From positions 391,716,001-391,780,000 of the forward strand of contig OZ024741.1 of assembly GCA_964016885.1 (NCBI GenBank): DNA of 64,000 nucleotides, read 5' to 3'. Positions 10,400 through 22,439 of this stretch are shown here, piece after piece (the first letter of the stretch is position 1; each line of letters opens with the position of its first letter). Source of the stretch: Eledone cirrhosa (taxonomy: Eukaryota). The notes beneath the pieces were generated by a model. The model ran no database searches and was not told where the DNA came from. It worked only from the letters and a program-made list of their open reading frames with translations. Position numbers and translations under genes: made by a program.

Positions 10400-13352
10400 G
10401 TGACTAAACTCTACCCCAATCATCCTCCCCAAAAACACCAAATAAAACCCATCCCGAATGAACCAGAAAACCAACAAAAACTTAGAGAAAAGATGACCTT
10501 AGAAAAGTTTAAAATAGAAATAGATCTGTTGCGGTTAAGCGCCAACTCCAACGAAGAAAAATTCAAGTCACTCGACCACAGAGGGAAACAGAAATCTCAA
10601 GGAACTCTGAAGGCCTACTCTATGAAAAAACGATGGGAAAAAAACGATTGGGAAAAAAACGCCACCTGGTTCAACAGCTATGAAATGGCTTTCAAAAATG
10701 AACAACATACAGGTAACCATTTTTAAAACAAACTAAAACTCACACACCACACTCATAACAAAAAAGTAACAAAACGTCCAACATATCCCCAGCAAAACTA
10801 TGACGATAATCCCAGAACCCATAGAGAAAACTATAACCCTACTAAAAAATAACCGAATGTCCCCAACACAAGACAGGACCCGATCCGCAGATCACAAACC
10901 ACACAAAACCTGTTCCAAGACCGTAGACTCCAACCCACACAGAACCTGTTCCAAAATCGTAGATCCCAACCCACACAAAGGAACAAAATTTACAACCCGG
11001 ACCATCAATAAACCGAACCTCAATACGTATTGAGGTTCGGTTTGTTGATGGTCCGTACGAGACCACACAACAACAGGGGAAAAGCCATTAGATATAATAA
11101 TACCCATGAAAAAACAATTCAGAAAAATAATTTGGTGACACAAACCGATTTTGAAAAACCAAAAATAATCAACCTTTCAAATACAAACCTATCAGCCCAA
11201 CAAATTAAAATTCTCTCCAAGGGACTGAAATCACACCAACACCACAATACTCTAAGCTCAATGAGATAAATGACGATATCTCACACTTCTGTAGAAAATT
11301 ACGTCTAACAGAGGAATTTTTTGACAAGGAGAATAACGACCAATCAATTGTACGGAATAAAAGCAACTACAACCCAACAAAGGGCAGGAGCAGAGTTCTG
11401 GACAAATTTTGTGACCACATAGCAACTTTCCCATACCATGAACTACCGCAACCTAAACCCAAACCGAACACGAGTCGAAGGGAATGGGAGATTATCCATG
11501 AATTAAACATTGTAATTAAGGAAGCGGACAAGGGAAGTACTGTCGTCATTGTGGATGCTCAACAGTATAAAAATCTATGTTCTCTCTCTTACATGACACT
11601 AACTACTATAAAAGAGTAAAAAACTACCAACAATCAAAAACGATGACACATTCATTTGTCGATACCAGGAAGACTTAACTAAAAAGGAACGCGATTATTT
11701 AACACATTTTGAATACAAAACCAGCAACCTTTACGGACTTCCGAAGATAACGATGCCTGTAAATAATCCACCTCAACCTGCGTGAACACACAACTCCTCA
11801 CTGACCTTAAATGAAGACCAGTTGTAGCGGGCCCACAATGTGAAACACACAGACTGAGCAACTTTATAGACATACTACTAAAATCAATTCTCAAACACAT
11901 ATCAAGCCTTGTAAGAGACAATCAGGACCTCTTAAACCACCTCCCCAAACATGTCAACAACGACACTATTATTGTGTCTTTCGATGTAGTGAATCTCTAC
12001 ACAACGATCCCACACCAATACGGACTAGAAGCAATAGGATTCTGGCTAGAGAAATATCCCAATGAGATACGTGACAGAATAGAAAAAAGCTTCATCACCG
12101 AGGGATTAAAATTCATTTTACAGAACAACTTTTTTTATTTCGATGGCAGTACTTACAAGCAAATATCGGGGTCTGCGATGGGTACAAAAGTCGCTCAAAC
12201 TTACGCTAACTTAGTCATGGCATACTTGGAAGTCCAGATATATGAACAGTCCAAATCAAAATACGGATTGAACTTCCACAAATATTTATCAGAGAATTGG
12301 AAACGCTACTTGGCCTTATTCTTTGGTCTCACACACTCGACCAACTAAATGATTTCAAAAATTTAATAAACGGCATCAATAACCACATCTAATTCACAAT
12401 GGAATACAACCAAGATCAACTCCCATTTCTGGACATCTTAATCTTAAAAAAGACACAAATATTGAAACTGACATACACTACAAACCAACAGATTCCAAAC
12501 AATATCTGCTATTCACCTCCAACCATCCAAAGCACTCGAAGACGAACATCCCTTTTAACGTAGCAAGAAGAATTTGCACAATCGTCTCCAATTATGAAAC
12601 GCGAAATAAAAGACTTCAAGAATTAAAGGAAATTCTGCTCGAGAGAGAGTACCCACTATTACTAATAAATAATGGAATAGAAAGGGCTAAAGCAATAGGC
12701 ATTGATGAATTACGAAAACAGAAACAAATTCAAGGTACGTCCAATATTCTATCATATATCTCAATACACAACCCAAGAAATGCGGAAGCATACAACACTA
12801 TTCACAAGAACATACCACTATTGAAACAAGACCCAAGAATGAAAAAAGCCCTTGAAACACACAAAATAATCAAAAGCAAAAGACAACCGAAATCACTAAA
12901 AACATTACTCACCAATGCCGAATTACCCACCACAAACCCACAACCAACTGTCAAAAAATGTGGTCGCTCTAATTATGGAACCTGCACTCACCTCATTGAA
13001 GACACCATGTATACATTTCAATCAGGACAAAATTTTGTTGTAAAAAATCACTTCACTTGCTCATCAAAAAATTTAGTTTTGCCATTAAATGTAAAGGATG
13101 CAATGAAGATTATATAGGGCAAACTAAACTCACACCTAGAAACAGAATGACAATTCATCGCTAACAATTACGAGACCCTACCACAAGACAGATACCACTC
13201 AGTGCACATCTAGACATATGCGCAAGCAATAAGACACCCAAATTCCAAGTCTTCCCGCTTTATCTTTGCGCTGACAATACAAAAGACCAAATACGAATAA
13301 ATAAGGAAAATATGTTTATTCAAAAATATAGACCAGCATTAAATATAGTTTA
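10400..13352 (+). pseudogene. PLE reverse transcriptase / GIY-YIG endonuclease with frameshifts and stops
   Basis: INLSNTNLS..ILSKGL, IKEADKGS, SFDVVNLYTTIPH, QISGSAMGTKVA..YANL, LPFLDI, YKPTDSKQYL, CGRSN.GTC, FTCSSKN, YIGQT. Confidence 0.9.
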
Positions 13353-13369
13353 ATATACATTATGTTAAC

Positions 13370-14262
13370 ACCATAACATGCTAACCATCCAAACAGACAC
13401 ATACATACACACACACACATAACACCTTCTATATTCTAAAATAAAAACCAGAGCTAAATAAACCTTAACATACGTTAATTCTCTGACACCTTAACATGCT
13501 AACCATACTCCCCCCCCCCCCACACACACACCCATAACTCCCTGCCCCATTTCTACTAACGGAATCATTTTCCTACACACACACACAGAAATATATATTC
13601 TCTCCATCTTAATGTGCTAACCATACTCCCACACACCTCATATAACACCCATACACACACACACACATAACTCCCTCCGCCATTTCTACTAATAGAACCA
13701 CCCACCCACCCCCACACACACACACATCAGCACACAAATAAAAATATATATCTCTACTTTCTTTATTTCAATAGAAAGTCTGAATTTTGACACCTCAGCA
13801 CACCAGCCATATTCACTGAACCAGAAGAATTCTCCCCATCCCTTTTTTATTGACCATTATCTTTTGTTTGGCACAAAATTCTCTAAATGGCTACAAAGAA
13901 TTCTCAAATACGGGCGCGAAATTTAATGTACTTATTCACGTGACAGTCGTAACCAATCAAATTTCATTTATAAAAAATCTTTTTTGAGCCACTTTTTTAA
14001 GTGAAAAGAACCCTCAAACACGAACTGGCGAGAAAGTTGATGTGCTTATTCATGTGACTGCATCAACCAACCAAATTTCACTCATATAGGAAAAAACAAT
14101 CTGACACCCCCCCCCCCCATTTTTTTAAGGCAAATATAATAAAAACTTTGTAACGCGAACTGGCGTATAAATTTATTATACTTATTCACGTGACAGTCAT
14201 CAACCAAACAAATTACTTTTCTAAAAAAAACTACCATTTCGAGCCACTCTTTTCCACAAAAC
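13370..14262 (+). repeat. Two sets of ~120-bp imperfect tandem repeats in the PLE 3' region
   Basis: (C)ATGCTAACCAT-like motif three times (13377, 13495, ~13613); CTTATTCACGTGACAGTC..AACCAA-like motif three times (~13930, 14045, 14181). Confidence 0.8.
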
Positions 14263-14325
14263 AGAAGTAACATTCGAACACCAACCAGATGCGAGAAAAA
14301 CCACAAGCTTTCCATCTCAATTCTA

Positions 14326-14361
14326 CTTTTGAAAAGCATAAGAACTGTGAAACCGGTAAAG
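14326..14361 (+). ncRNA. Minimal hammerhead ribozyme, U3-A8 core
   Basis: CTT-TTGAAAA-GCA..TGT-GAAA-CCGG-TA-AAG, with AATAAA shortly downstream. Confidence 0.6.
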
Positions 14362-14478
14362 GAACCAAATAAATATTCTTAAAAAGACTCCAGTTGCATT
14401 TTCGATTTCATCTTTTTTCCTTCTACTTTCACTCGTGTAGGACATCTCGTTTCTTTATCATTTTGCAAAAAAACCCTC

Positions 14479-14509
<31 letters not shown>

Positions 14510-15110
14510 CTATACGAACATGCCAGACAACAACACGACGGTAACATAGACAACATAGAAATTAGAATATCTAAACATAGAAATGACCCAGCAGATAGGC
14601 AAATCAGAGAGGCCAGTGAAATAGAACTTAGAAGGCCAAGGCTAAACAGAAAAAATGAATGGAATAACAACAACACCCAAACAAACAACACTGGCCTAAG
14701 AGAAGTATAAATAAATAAATAAATAGATAAATAAATAAATACATACACAAGCACAATAACAACAAACACATATAAACACACACTAGTAAAGATAGAATAC
14801 ATTAACCAATACACAGTCACCCAATCACGAACACACATCAAACAAAACACTATACACACGCAAACGCATGCGCAAAGAAGACAAAAAAAAACAAATAAAT
14901 AAATAAATAAATAAAAATATATAAACAGACTAAATAAAGATGGCGTAGACATACAATGCAACGGGAGGAAACAATAGCACCACTGACGATGTTGCAGATG
15001 TGCAACGAAAGAACTTTGATAGACTATATATATGTGTTTGTGTCTATATTGTATTTGTATTTTTGACCGTTGGTCAGTCAATGGCAACATTGAGGACCGA
15101 ATAAATTAAA
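14510..15110 (+). mobile_element. 3' end of another PLE (GIY-YIG C-terminus plus 3' UTR)
   Basis: LYEHARQQH...DPADRQIREASEIELRRPRLNRKNEW; starts in (TA)n and has a hammerhead downstream. Confidence 0.65.
14979..15020 (+). ncRNA. Type I hammerhead ribozyme (CTGACGA plus an extra T), slightly decayed
   Basis: ACCA-CTGACGA-T-GTTGCA/TGCAAC-GAAA-GAAC-TT-TGAT. Confidence 0.65.
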
Positions 15111-15293
15111 TTAACCGATATAAAAGACACAGAAGCGAAAAGCGAAAACCAACCAAACAGTGAGTGTGTTCTGTTATTAATTCTGGCAATATTACACAAA
15201 TATGACCCTCCCCAAGTATAACAATATTTGTTTCGACACACATTTCATATCAAAAACCTCGCAAAACTAATTCATCGCCGTTATATATATATA

Positions 15294-15481
15294 GGGCGGT
15301 GGATTGGCAGTATCGGTAGAGGGTCGGACGCCATGCTTTGACGCATAGAGTTACGTCCCTTTATGATCTGAGTTCAAATCCCGCTGAGGTTAACTTTGCC
15401 TTTCATCCTTACGGGGTCGATAAAGTAAAGTACCAGTAATGTACTGGGTAATTGCTGGCCTTGTGCCTAAAATAGAAACAG

Positions 15482-15484
<3 letters not shown>
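15294..15484 (+). mobile_element. tRNA-derived SINE
   Basis: A box TGGCAGTATCGG and B box GAGTTCAAATCC; several copies in the window; (TA)n flanks. Confidence 0.9.
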
Positions 15485-15530
<46 letters not shown>

Positions 15531-16002
15531 CGAAATATTAATAGTGGCAATGTGGTTATTGTCTGGTCAAGAAAGAAAGATAGTATGAGGGAGAGATAGA
15601 GGGGGGGGGGGGGGAGAATGTCAGCAATTGCTTATGATGTTTTTTCCCTTGCCAATATGTGGCTTCTTACCAAAGTAAGTCATCATTCGCCCCCATTAAA
15701 TACAAATGTCGGGGTAAACACTAAATAACTGACCAAAACCTGCCATAATTCCACTTCTATTCCAAGTTACAATTATTAAATTTGAGATTTTTTTAATTGT
15801 AACTAGCAGAAAAACTACCCTATCCTTCGGGTGGTTTTTCTGCCACCATGTGTAGTGTGCATATTGATATTATACACAATATAAACGTTATAATATAACG
15901 ATGCAAATATATGAACGTTTATATAAGCAATATAATATAGCGTCCGTTATATCATAACCGGAAGTATTGACACTTGAAAATTTCAAAAGTGAATCTTAAG
16001 AT

Positions 16003-16184
16003 AAGCTGGCAGTATCGGTAGAGAGTCGGACGCCATGCTTTCCAGCATAGTTACGTCCCTTTACGGTCTGAGTTCAAATCCCGCCGAGGTTAACTTTGCC
16101 TTTCATCCTTACGGGGTCGATAAAATAAAGTACCAGTAATGTACTGGATAATTGCTGGTCTTGTGCCAAAAGTAGAAACAATTA
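16003..16184 (+). mobile_element. tRNA-derived SINE, same family
   Basis: Near-identical to 15294-15484. Confidence 0.9.
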
Positions 16185-16459
16185 TTTATAAGAATATTTA
16201 TGTTTAATCAACAGCTACGAAATTTAGTACGCAATATTGTTAAATCTTCAACTGATACTTTTGTGGGACGTCTCTCTCTCTCTCCCTGAATATCTTTCAT
16301 TGTATCTCTCTCTGTATAATGGCCTATCTATCTCTTTCTGGCTCTCTCTCTCTCTCTTTAGATGCGTGTATATATATATTTGTGTATTTGTGTGTGTAGT
16401 TTTCGTGTGATTCAACCAACCATCCAGCCAACCAATAAACATGTTATATTATATATAGA

Positions 16460-16581
16460 TAGCGGACAGCGAATTGGCAGAATTGTTTGAACGTCGATAT
16501 TTATTCTGGCACTCAGCGTTCTCATTTCAAATCCCTCCAGGGTCAACTTTGCCTTTCAGCTTCTCGGGGTACTGGGGTTTA
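16460..16581 (+). mobile_element. Degenerate tRNA-derived SINE
   Basis: TGGCAGAATTG..TTCAAATCC..GGTCAACTTTGCCTTTCA. Confidence 0.65.
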
Positions 16582-16602
16582 TTCTTCTCTCTCTCTCTCT
16601 CT

Positions 16603-16647
<45 letters not shown>

Positions 16648-16651
<4 letters not shown>

Positions 16652-16920
16652 ATATTAATAAATGGAAACTATATTTATAAAACCATATTTATTTTATTAT
16701 ACATATTTCAAGGGCAACCAAGGCAAATTATTTTATTTTATCTGATGAAAGCGCACCATAATTTGCCTTGGTTGCCCTTGAAATATGTATAATAAAATAA
16801 ATATGGTTTTATAAATATAGTTTCCATTTATTAATATATTGTGTATTTACTCCACTAATCTGTTGAGTGCTTTATATCAGTTATAAACATTTTTAAGCTT
16901 GTTGAATCCCAACAAATTAA
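16648..16920 (+). mobile_element. Solo Naiad-type pLTR fragment with an inverted 5' copy (arms 16648-16730 / 16758-16841)
   Basis: Same sequence as the pLTR at 41096-41272; embedded in (TA)n. Confidence 0.85.
16734..16799 (+). ncRNA. Type I hammerhead ribozyme, canonical core
   Basis: TATTTTAT-CTGATGA-AAGCGCACCA..TGGTTGCCCTT-GAAA-TATGTA-TA-ATAAAATA (8-bp stem I). Confidence 0.8.
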
Positions 16921-17581
16921 ATATATATATTTCTCCCCCTCATTCACTCTTTCTAAATGAGTATACTGTGGTCAGATCTGGAGTCGAATGTCAACGTCCC
17001 AAAGGCATTCTAGAAAAGAAGGGTTATATACACCACCCTCTAGGTTAAGTAGCCACGTTGTTGTATTTGACGGTTTGTGGCGATGTGTTGTGTAAATATG
17101 TGACTACAACACACAAATTTGTTTAATTAAGGCATCGGTGTTGTAAAACACTCTCTGGAAAAGTCAAACATAGTTCAGACCAAAATCGATTGATTTTTCA
17201 AAGCATTTGGCATCGTTACAAATATCATGGGGCTTTCTCTAGAGTTTCTCATCTTTTAATTGTTACCATTAAAATATTAAAGTACCACGTGTGTTTGTTT
17301 TAACTGTATTCATGTGTTTGTGTGTGTATGTGTGTGTCTGTGTGTATAGGGATGTAATATGGAATCTATCAATCGATTTAATCGAATCTAATAACAAATG
17401 TTCAACGTTCTTACTGCCTATTTTCTAATATCTTTAGGGAATGATCTACATAATCGAAGCGACAAAGTAAATAATAGAACATTGATTAAGATCACAATTG
17501 TTATGGATATCTTTCTCTGGGGAGGATTACAGAGAAACGGGCCAATTTATGTTGGTATGTATACACACACACACACACACG

Positions 17582-17646
<65 letters not shown>

Positions 17647-17776
17647 GGTTATATTTAATTTGTTGGGATTCAACAAGCTTAAAACATTTTTATAACTGAT
17701 ATAAAGCACTCAACAGATTAGTGGAGTAAATATACAATATATTAATAAATGGAAACTATATTTATAAAACCATAAT

Positions 17777-17842
17777 TATTTTATTATATATATTTCAAGG
17801 GCGACCAAGGTAAATTATGGTGCGCTTTCATCAGATAAAATA
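17777..17842 (-). ncRNA. Type I hammerhead ribozyme, canonical core
   Basis: Reverse complement of 17993-18058. Confidence 0.8.
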
Positions 17843-17992
17843 CAGATTTGTTTTATAAATAAATATTGACATACCCGGAAAAAAAGTCAACCTCAAGGGT
17901 TGAAATTCGCTGGATAGTCTATCCAGCGAATTTCAACCGTTGAGGTTGACTTTTTTCCGGGTATGTCAATATTTATTTATAAAACAAATCTG

Positions 17993-18058
17993 TATTTTAT
18001 CTGATGAAAGCGCACCATAATTTACCTTGGTCGCCCTTGAAATATATATAATAAAATA
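17993..18058 (+). ncRNA. Type I hammerhead ribozyme, canonical core, palindromic stem III (ATATATAT)
   Basis: TATTTTAT-CTGATGA-AAGCGCACCA..TGGTCGCCCTT-GAAA-TATATA-TA-ATAAAATA. Confidence 0.8.
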
Positions 18059-18122
18059 ATTATGGTTTTATAAATATAGTTTCCATTTATTAATATATTG
18101 TATATATATATATATATATATA

Positions 18123-19430
18123 GTTAGAGAAGCAAAAAAGTGCTTATTGTGATCCAGTTCTTGGTTAAGAAAGCCAGTTTCATGGATGGTTTCAACGTAC
18201 GGTTAGGGGTAACTCCACAAGTTTGTAAGAATTCCGTTCAATCTTGGAGTATAAAGTATAAAAGAGAAAACACAGGTAAGCATTAAGAGAAGGATTTTAT
18301 CCAGGTATTTACGACCGTTTCATTGGTAAGTGCAACCTTATATTGCTATACTGCAAATAGCAGCCACTCAATTATAATTGTTGTTCACAGTCCAAATTTT
18401 CAAAATAGTAAGTTACTCTTGAAATAATTCTTAATATATAGAGAAAAACATTTATTTGGAATTGTATTTACTAGTATAGAGAGAGAGGAATCAGAAGGTG
18501 AGGGGACAAACGGAATAGTATAGAGAGAGGGGAAGGGGGAAGAGGTAGGAAGTAGAGTGACAAACTGAGATGGAGGGAGGGGTAGAGGTGGAAGGATTCC
18601 TTGGTCAGTTTTGATGGCAGACTTCATGTCGTGGAATGTAGTGAGTTAAAGAGAATTAAATTGATCATAGTGGGAGGGATGGATAGAGAGGGAGAGAGGG
18701 AGGGGGGAGATATAAAGAGATAAATATATATATATATATATATAAAATAAAGATAAAGATAATAATGACAAAAATAAAAGCAAAGAAGGGGGTGAGAAAG
18801 AAGAAAAGAAAAGATAGCCAAGAAGGGGAGGGAAGGAAGGAAGAAAACGAATAGAAGAGGAATGAGGGAGAAGAGGGAGATATATGTATTGGTTTTGTGG
18901 GTAATTAAAAGGGTTTAGATACAACAAGAGGGTATAAAGTCTAAGTATATGCAGTTTGTCAGTTGGTAGTAAGAGTTTAAGGGTTCGATTTGTAGTGCGA
19001 AAATTTCTCTTTGAGTCTATGGTTACAATAAATTGATATTTCGATTTTATTGTTGAGTAACTTATTCTTCGAACTTAAGATGTGGAACAGCTCAAGGTCG
19101 CATAATCGACAGCTTCTCATACCACTCCGATATGGGGGCGCGTTCGATAATTTTTTCCACTTCAGGGTGTATTGATGGTTACTTTCCCTCAGTTGCCAGG
19201 TCTTGTTTGCAAGGGCAGTTACATAACGGTGCTGGGAATGTTTCATTGCGTAACGGTGTGTATACCAACGGGCTTTAAATGTATTCCCAGTCGCTCCGAT
19301 GTAATACCATTTCTGGTTGTCTGATTCCACTGTGCATTGGTAAACCAGGTTAAACTGCATACATTCATTATGTAATGGACAGGTTTCAGGTAGGTGGCAG
19401 TTACAGTTCTTGTCATGGGCAACTTTGGCA
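18123..19430 (-). mobile_element. 5'-truncated Naiad-type PLE (GIY-YIG ORF 18977-19400 plus 3' UTR)
   Basis: NCNCH..TCPL..EC..NLVYQC..YYIGATGNTFKARW..H..CRLC..E..LN..CNHR. Confidence 0.85.
18306..18407 (-). ncRNA. Hammerhead ribozyme, U3-A8 core, long stem II insert
   Basis: TATT-TTGAAAA-TTTGG..(~65 nt)..CCAAT-GAAA-CGGTCG-TA-AATA. Confidence 0.55.
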
Positions 19431-19434
19431 TTAT

Positions 19435-19744
19435 TGGCTGAACTCCGGCTGTTTCGACAGCTAGATCCGAACTAAGCCACCAGTACTAGAACGGCGGGAA
19501 TCTAGCTGAACTTATCAAGGGGTACAGTCTATATATGGGCATGCAGTCAAAGCAGAAAGAGCAAAAAAATCTAAACAAAAATCTTAAACTTTTAGGATTT
19601 TTTGCTTAGATATTTTTGCTTTTTTGCTTTGACTGCATGCCCATATATGGACTGTACCCCTTGATAAGTTCAGCTAGATTGCGGCCGTTCTAATACTGGT
19701 GGCTTAGTTCGGATCTAGCTGTCGAAACAGCCGGAGCTCAGCCA
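19435..19744. repeat. 310-bp spacerless palindrome (MITE-like or fold-back)
   Basis: TGGCTGAACTCCGGCTGTTTCG...CGAAACAGCCGGAGCTCAGCCA; centre at 19589-19590. Confidence 0.92.
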
Positions 19745-19979
19745 TCGGGGTCCTGACTCTTTTCCTATTACCCTCTCTACTACCCTAAATATTCAGTACT
19801 CTGGTGCGTTATGATCCACCTGGTATCTTACCACACCCTCTTTGTTATATATACTAGCAAAAAAACCACCCTTCGGGTGGTTTTCTGCTAGTATGTGTAG
19901 TGTGTATATTGATATTATACGCAAATATTATGTATGTAGAAATGATACGTCAAATAAAATCGTAATTGACAATATAAAA

Positions 19980-20998
19980 TCGTAACAAATGGTATTACGT
20001 CGGATGTACCGCAACTTCTTTCAAGGCTCGCCTATACCAACATCGATCTTCGATCAGGCACGAGAAAATGCGCTCCGTAACAACCCTCGCCGATAAAGCC
20101 TGGCAGCTCCGGAGGAACAATCAAGCATTCTCCCTTGATTGGCAAATTATTGCAGCTGCGCCTGCATATAAGCAAAATCATCGATTCTGCAAGTTATGCA
20201 ATTTGGAGATATACTGCATTTTAACGTCGGTAAACAAACTTTTGAACAGCAAAATTGAACGTTCTCTATACTGTAACCATCGTTTGAAAACGATTTTTCT
20301 TTTTTTAAATGCATATAATGTTACCTTTTTACACCACCGTTTGCAAATTTCTGTTTTATATGTTTATACACAAGATATGGCTTTCTATAATAATAGTACT
20401 AAACACTGTTTTCTGGACCCCTTTAGAAATAACCTGCTACTATAATAGCCCCAATAACTTGTCTGTGACACTGTACCACTTTGACCCCTTTAACTAAATT
20501 TTGTCCGAACAACACCACTAGAAGAATTTACTTCCCCCGCCAACCCTAACACGCCTCATTAAGCTAACTGCTGCCAAAACATTCTCTCCTTACAATCTCT
20601 ACTAGTCTGACAGTCTTAAATCCTAAGACTCCCTCCACCTTACTCACTTCCCTCTTTCCCTTCTCTTCCTACCTCCTTCTTTTATCTAGTGTATGAAATA
20701 TTTTCATATCATTCCAATACAAAGGTCTGACGACATGGTGTGTTTGCTTACAGTGTACCTTCGGTTTATGATAATATTTTTATATTATTCAAATAGCGAG
20801 GTATGGGTAACCCATACACTATAGAAACAATTGTTACCTAATAAATTCTGTATACCCGCATTTCCATTTCATAAACTTCTTCTCCATATTTTCTCCGGAT
20901 TTTAAAACACACTTTATTATACGTTGAGCAATCTCTGACGTCGGTTGACTCCATCCAATGCAACTACTTAGTAACATTGGAATACAAATTTACTAATT

Positions 20999-21000
<2 letters not shown>
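19980..21000 (+). mobile_element. 5'-truncated Naiad-type PLE (GIY-YIG fragment plus 3' UTR)
   Basis: KWYYVGCTATSFKARL..H..TTLADKAWQL..CKLCNLE..LLNSKIE..CNHRLK; ends in (TA)n. Confidence 0.85.
20723..20839 (+). ncRNA. Hammerhead ribozyme, canonical core, long stem II insert
   Basis: AGGT-CTGACGA-CATGGTGTG..CATACACTATA-GAAA-CAATTG-TT-ACCT, immediately followed by AATAAA. Confidence 0.72.
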
Positions 21001-21035
<35 letters not shown>

Positions 21036-21038
<3 letters not shown>

Positions 21039-21220
21039 GTAGAAAGTGAGGTTTTTTTTACAAAATGAAAAATAAGCAAGGTGTCCTACACGAGTGAAAG
21101 TATAAGGAAAAAAGGTGAAATCGAAAATGTAACTGGAGTCTTTTTTTTTTAAATATATATATTTATTTGGTTCCTTTACCGGTTTCGCACTTCTTCTGCT
21201 TTTTCAAAAGTAGAGTTGAG
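21036..21220 (-). mobile_element. Solo pLTR of the Neptune-type family, with a U3-A8 hammerhead motif at 21174-21210
   Basis: Reverse complement of ~14315-14490; (TA)n on both sides. Confidence 0.85.
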
Positions 21221-21233
21221 ATATATATATATA

Positions 21234-22425
21234 CTAGCTGAATGACCCGGTGTTGCCCGAGTTACTGCTGTTCTTATTCAGATTAGTCAACAATAAATAT
21301 GAAGATTTTTTTTCTCATAATTATTTCAAAATATCTATATTTTATTTTTTAAATATCAAAATTGTAATATTAGTAGAATTTAAAAATGAAAATCGGTCAA
21401 TTTTGAAGCTCGTCAGGGTAAACAATATTCATTGTGTAATTTTTTTGTTGGTGTACAAATGGATAAATTGTTGCTGCTTCCAACATAGAATTGATTGTGG
21501 GGGAAACATGTAGTAGAGAGATCAAATCCAACTACCTTGAAGGATTGACCCTGAGATTTGTTAACTTAGTTTGAATGGAACATCTGTAGGTATGAGAGGA
21601 ATTTTTAGAATAAATACATTTTTTTCAATATTGTAAACAAATAAGTATCAACATCCAAAAGAAATATATATTAATTATTATTTTTGTATGCAGTGTAAAT
21701 TAACCAAATATAAGCAAATGTATTAACTGCTAATTTAACGGTATGAGAATATAAATATAAACGAACAGACACATATACACTCGAACAAACATACACTTAT
21801 AAAAAAAACACACACAGACATACATTCATATAAACACACACATAGTTTCACTCACAAACAGACACACATACACTCACACTAACTGATAAAAAACACACAC
21901 AGACACCTTCATACAAACACATACAGTTTCACCCCCAGCGTTTATTATGTCAGTCGTCACAGAAATGTATGTATACTCACACACACATACACTCTCACAT
22001 ACACTCACACTCATATACTTGTCAGTCATCACATGTGAAGATGTGTGTGTTTAATTCTCTGTGTATCTGATTAAATATTTACGTGAAGATGTGTGCGTAT
22101 GTAACTTACTAAGGCCTAATGTATGTAACGAACGCGCAAACACACACACTCACAGACACATACACACTCACAGACACATACACACTCATATACAAAATGT
22201 GACGTCGTCGTCGTTGTGTTATAAAATGTCCGTTTATTATAGTTGACTATGGTAGAATATTTTAGATGAAATGTTATATTGTTTTAATCCAAATGAAAAT
22301 AAAAAATTACATGTTGTCAGTCACGGGGTCTAATACCTTTGATTAAATTTGATTTGATTTGGTCGAGCCGTTTGAGAATGCTTAAGGAAAAGACAGACAG
22401 ACAAAGAATTTTATATAGTGACAGA
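21234..22425 (-). mobile_element. Internally deleted Helitron with a PIF1-helicase remnant
   Basis: A|TC 5' end at 22425; 3' hairpin plus CTAG|T at 21234. The minus strand of ~21470-21620 reads VFILKIPLIPTDVPF and NKSQGQSFKVVGFDL..FPHNQFYV. Confidence 0.85.
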
Positions 22426-22439
22426 TATAGTATAAATAA

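Larger units (their letters stand above)
17643..18101 (-). mobile_element. Naiad-type pLTR-only insertion forming a near-perfect palindrome (centre 17918)
   Basis: GAAATTCGCTGGATAG-T-CTATCCAGCGAATTTC at the centre; arms ~185 bp; (TA)n on both sides. Confidence 0.88.

Noticed and set aside
14458-15090. 210-aa hydrophobic minus-strand ORF (membrane protein?)
   Set aside because: It is the antisense of an A/C-rich PLE 3' region.
15294-15390. tRNA gene
   Set aside because: A and B boxes are present but there is no full cloverleaf; this is the head of a multicopy SINE.
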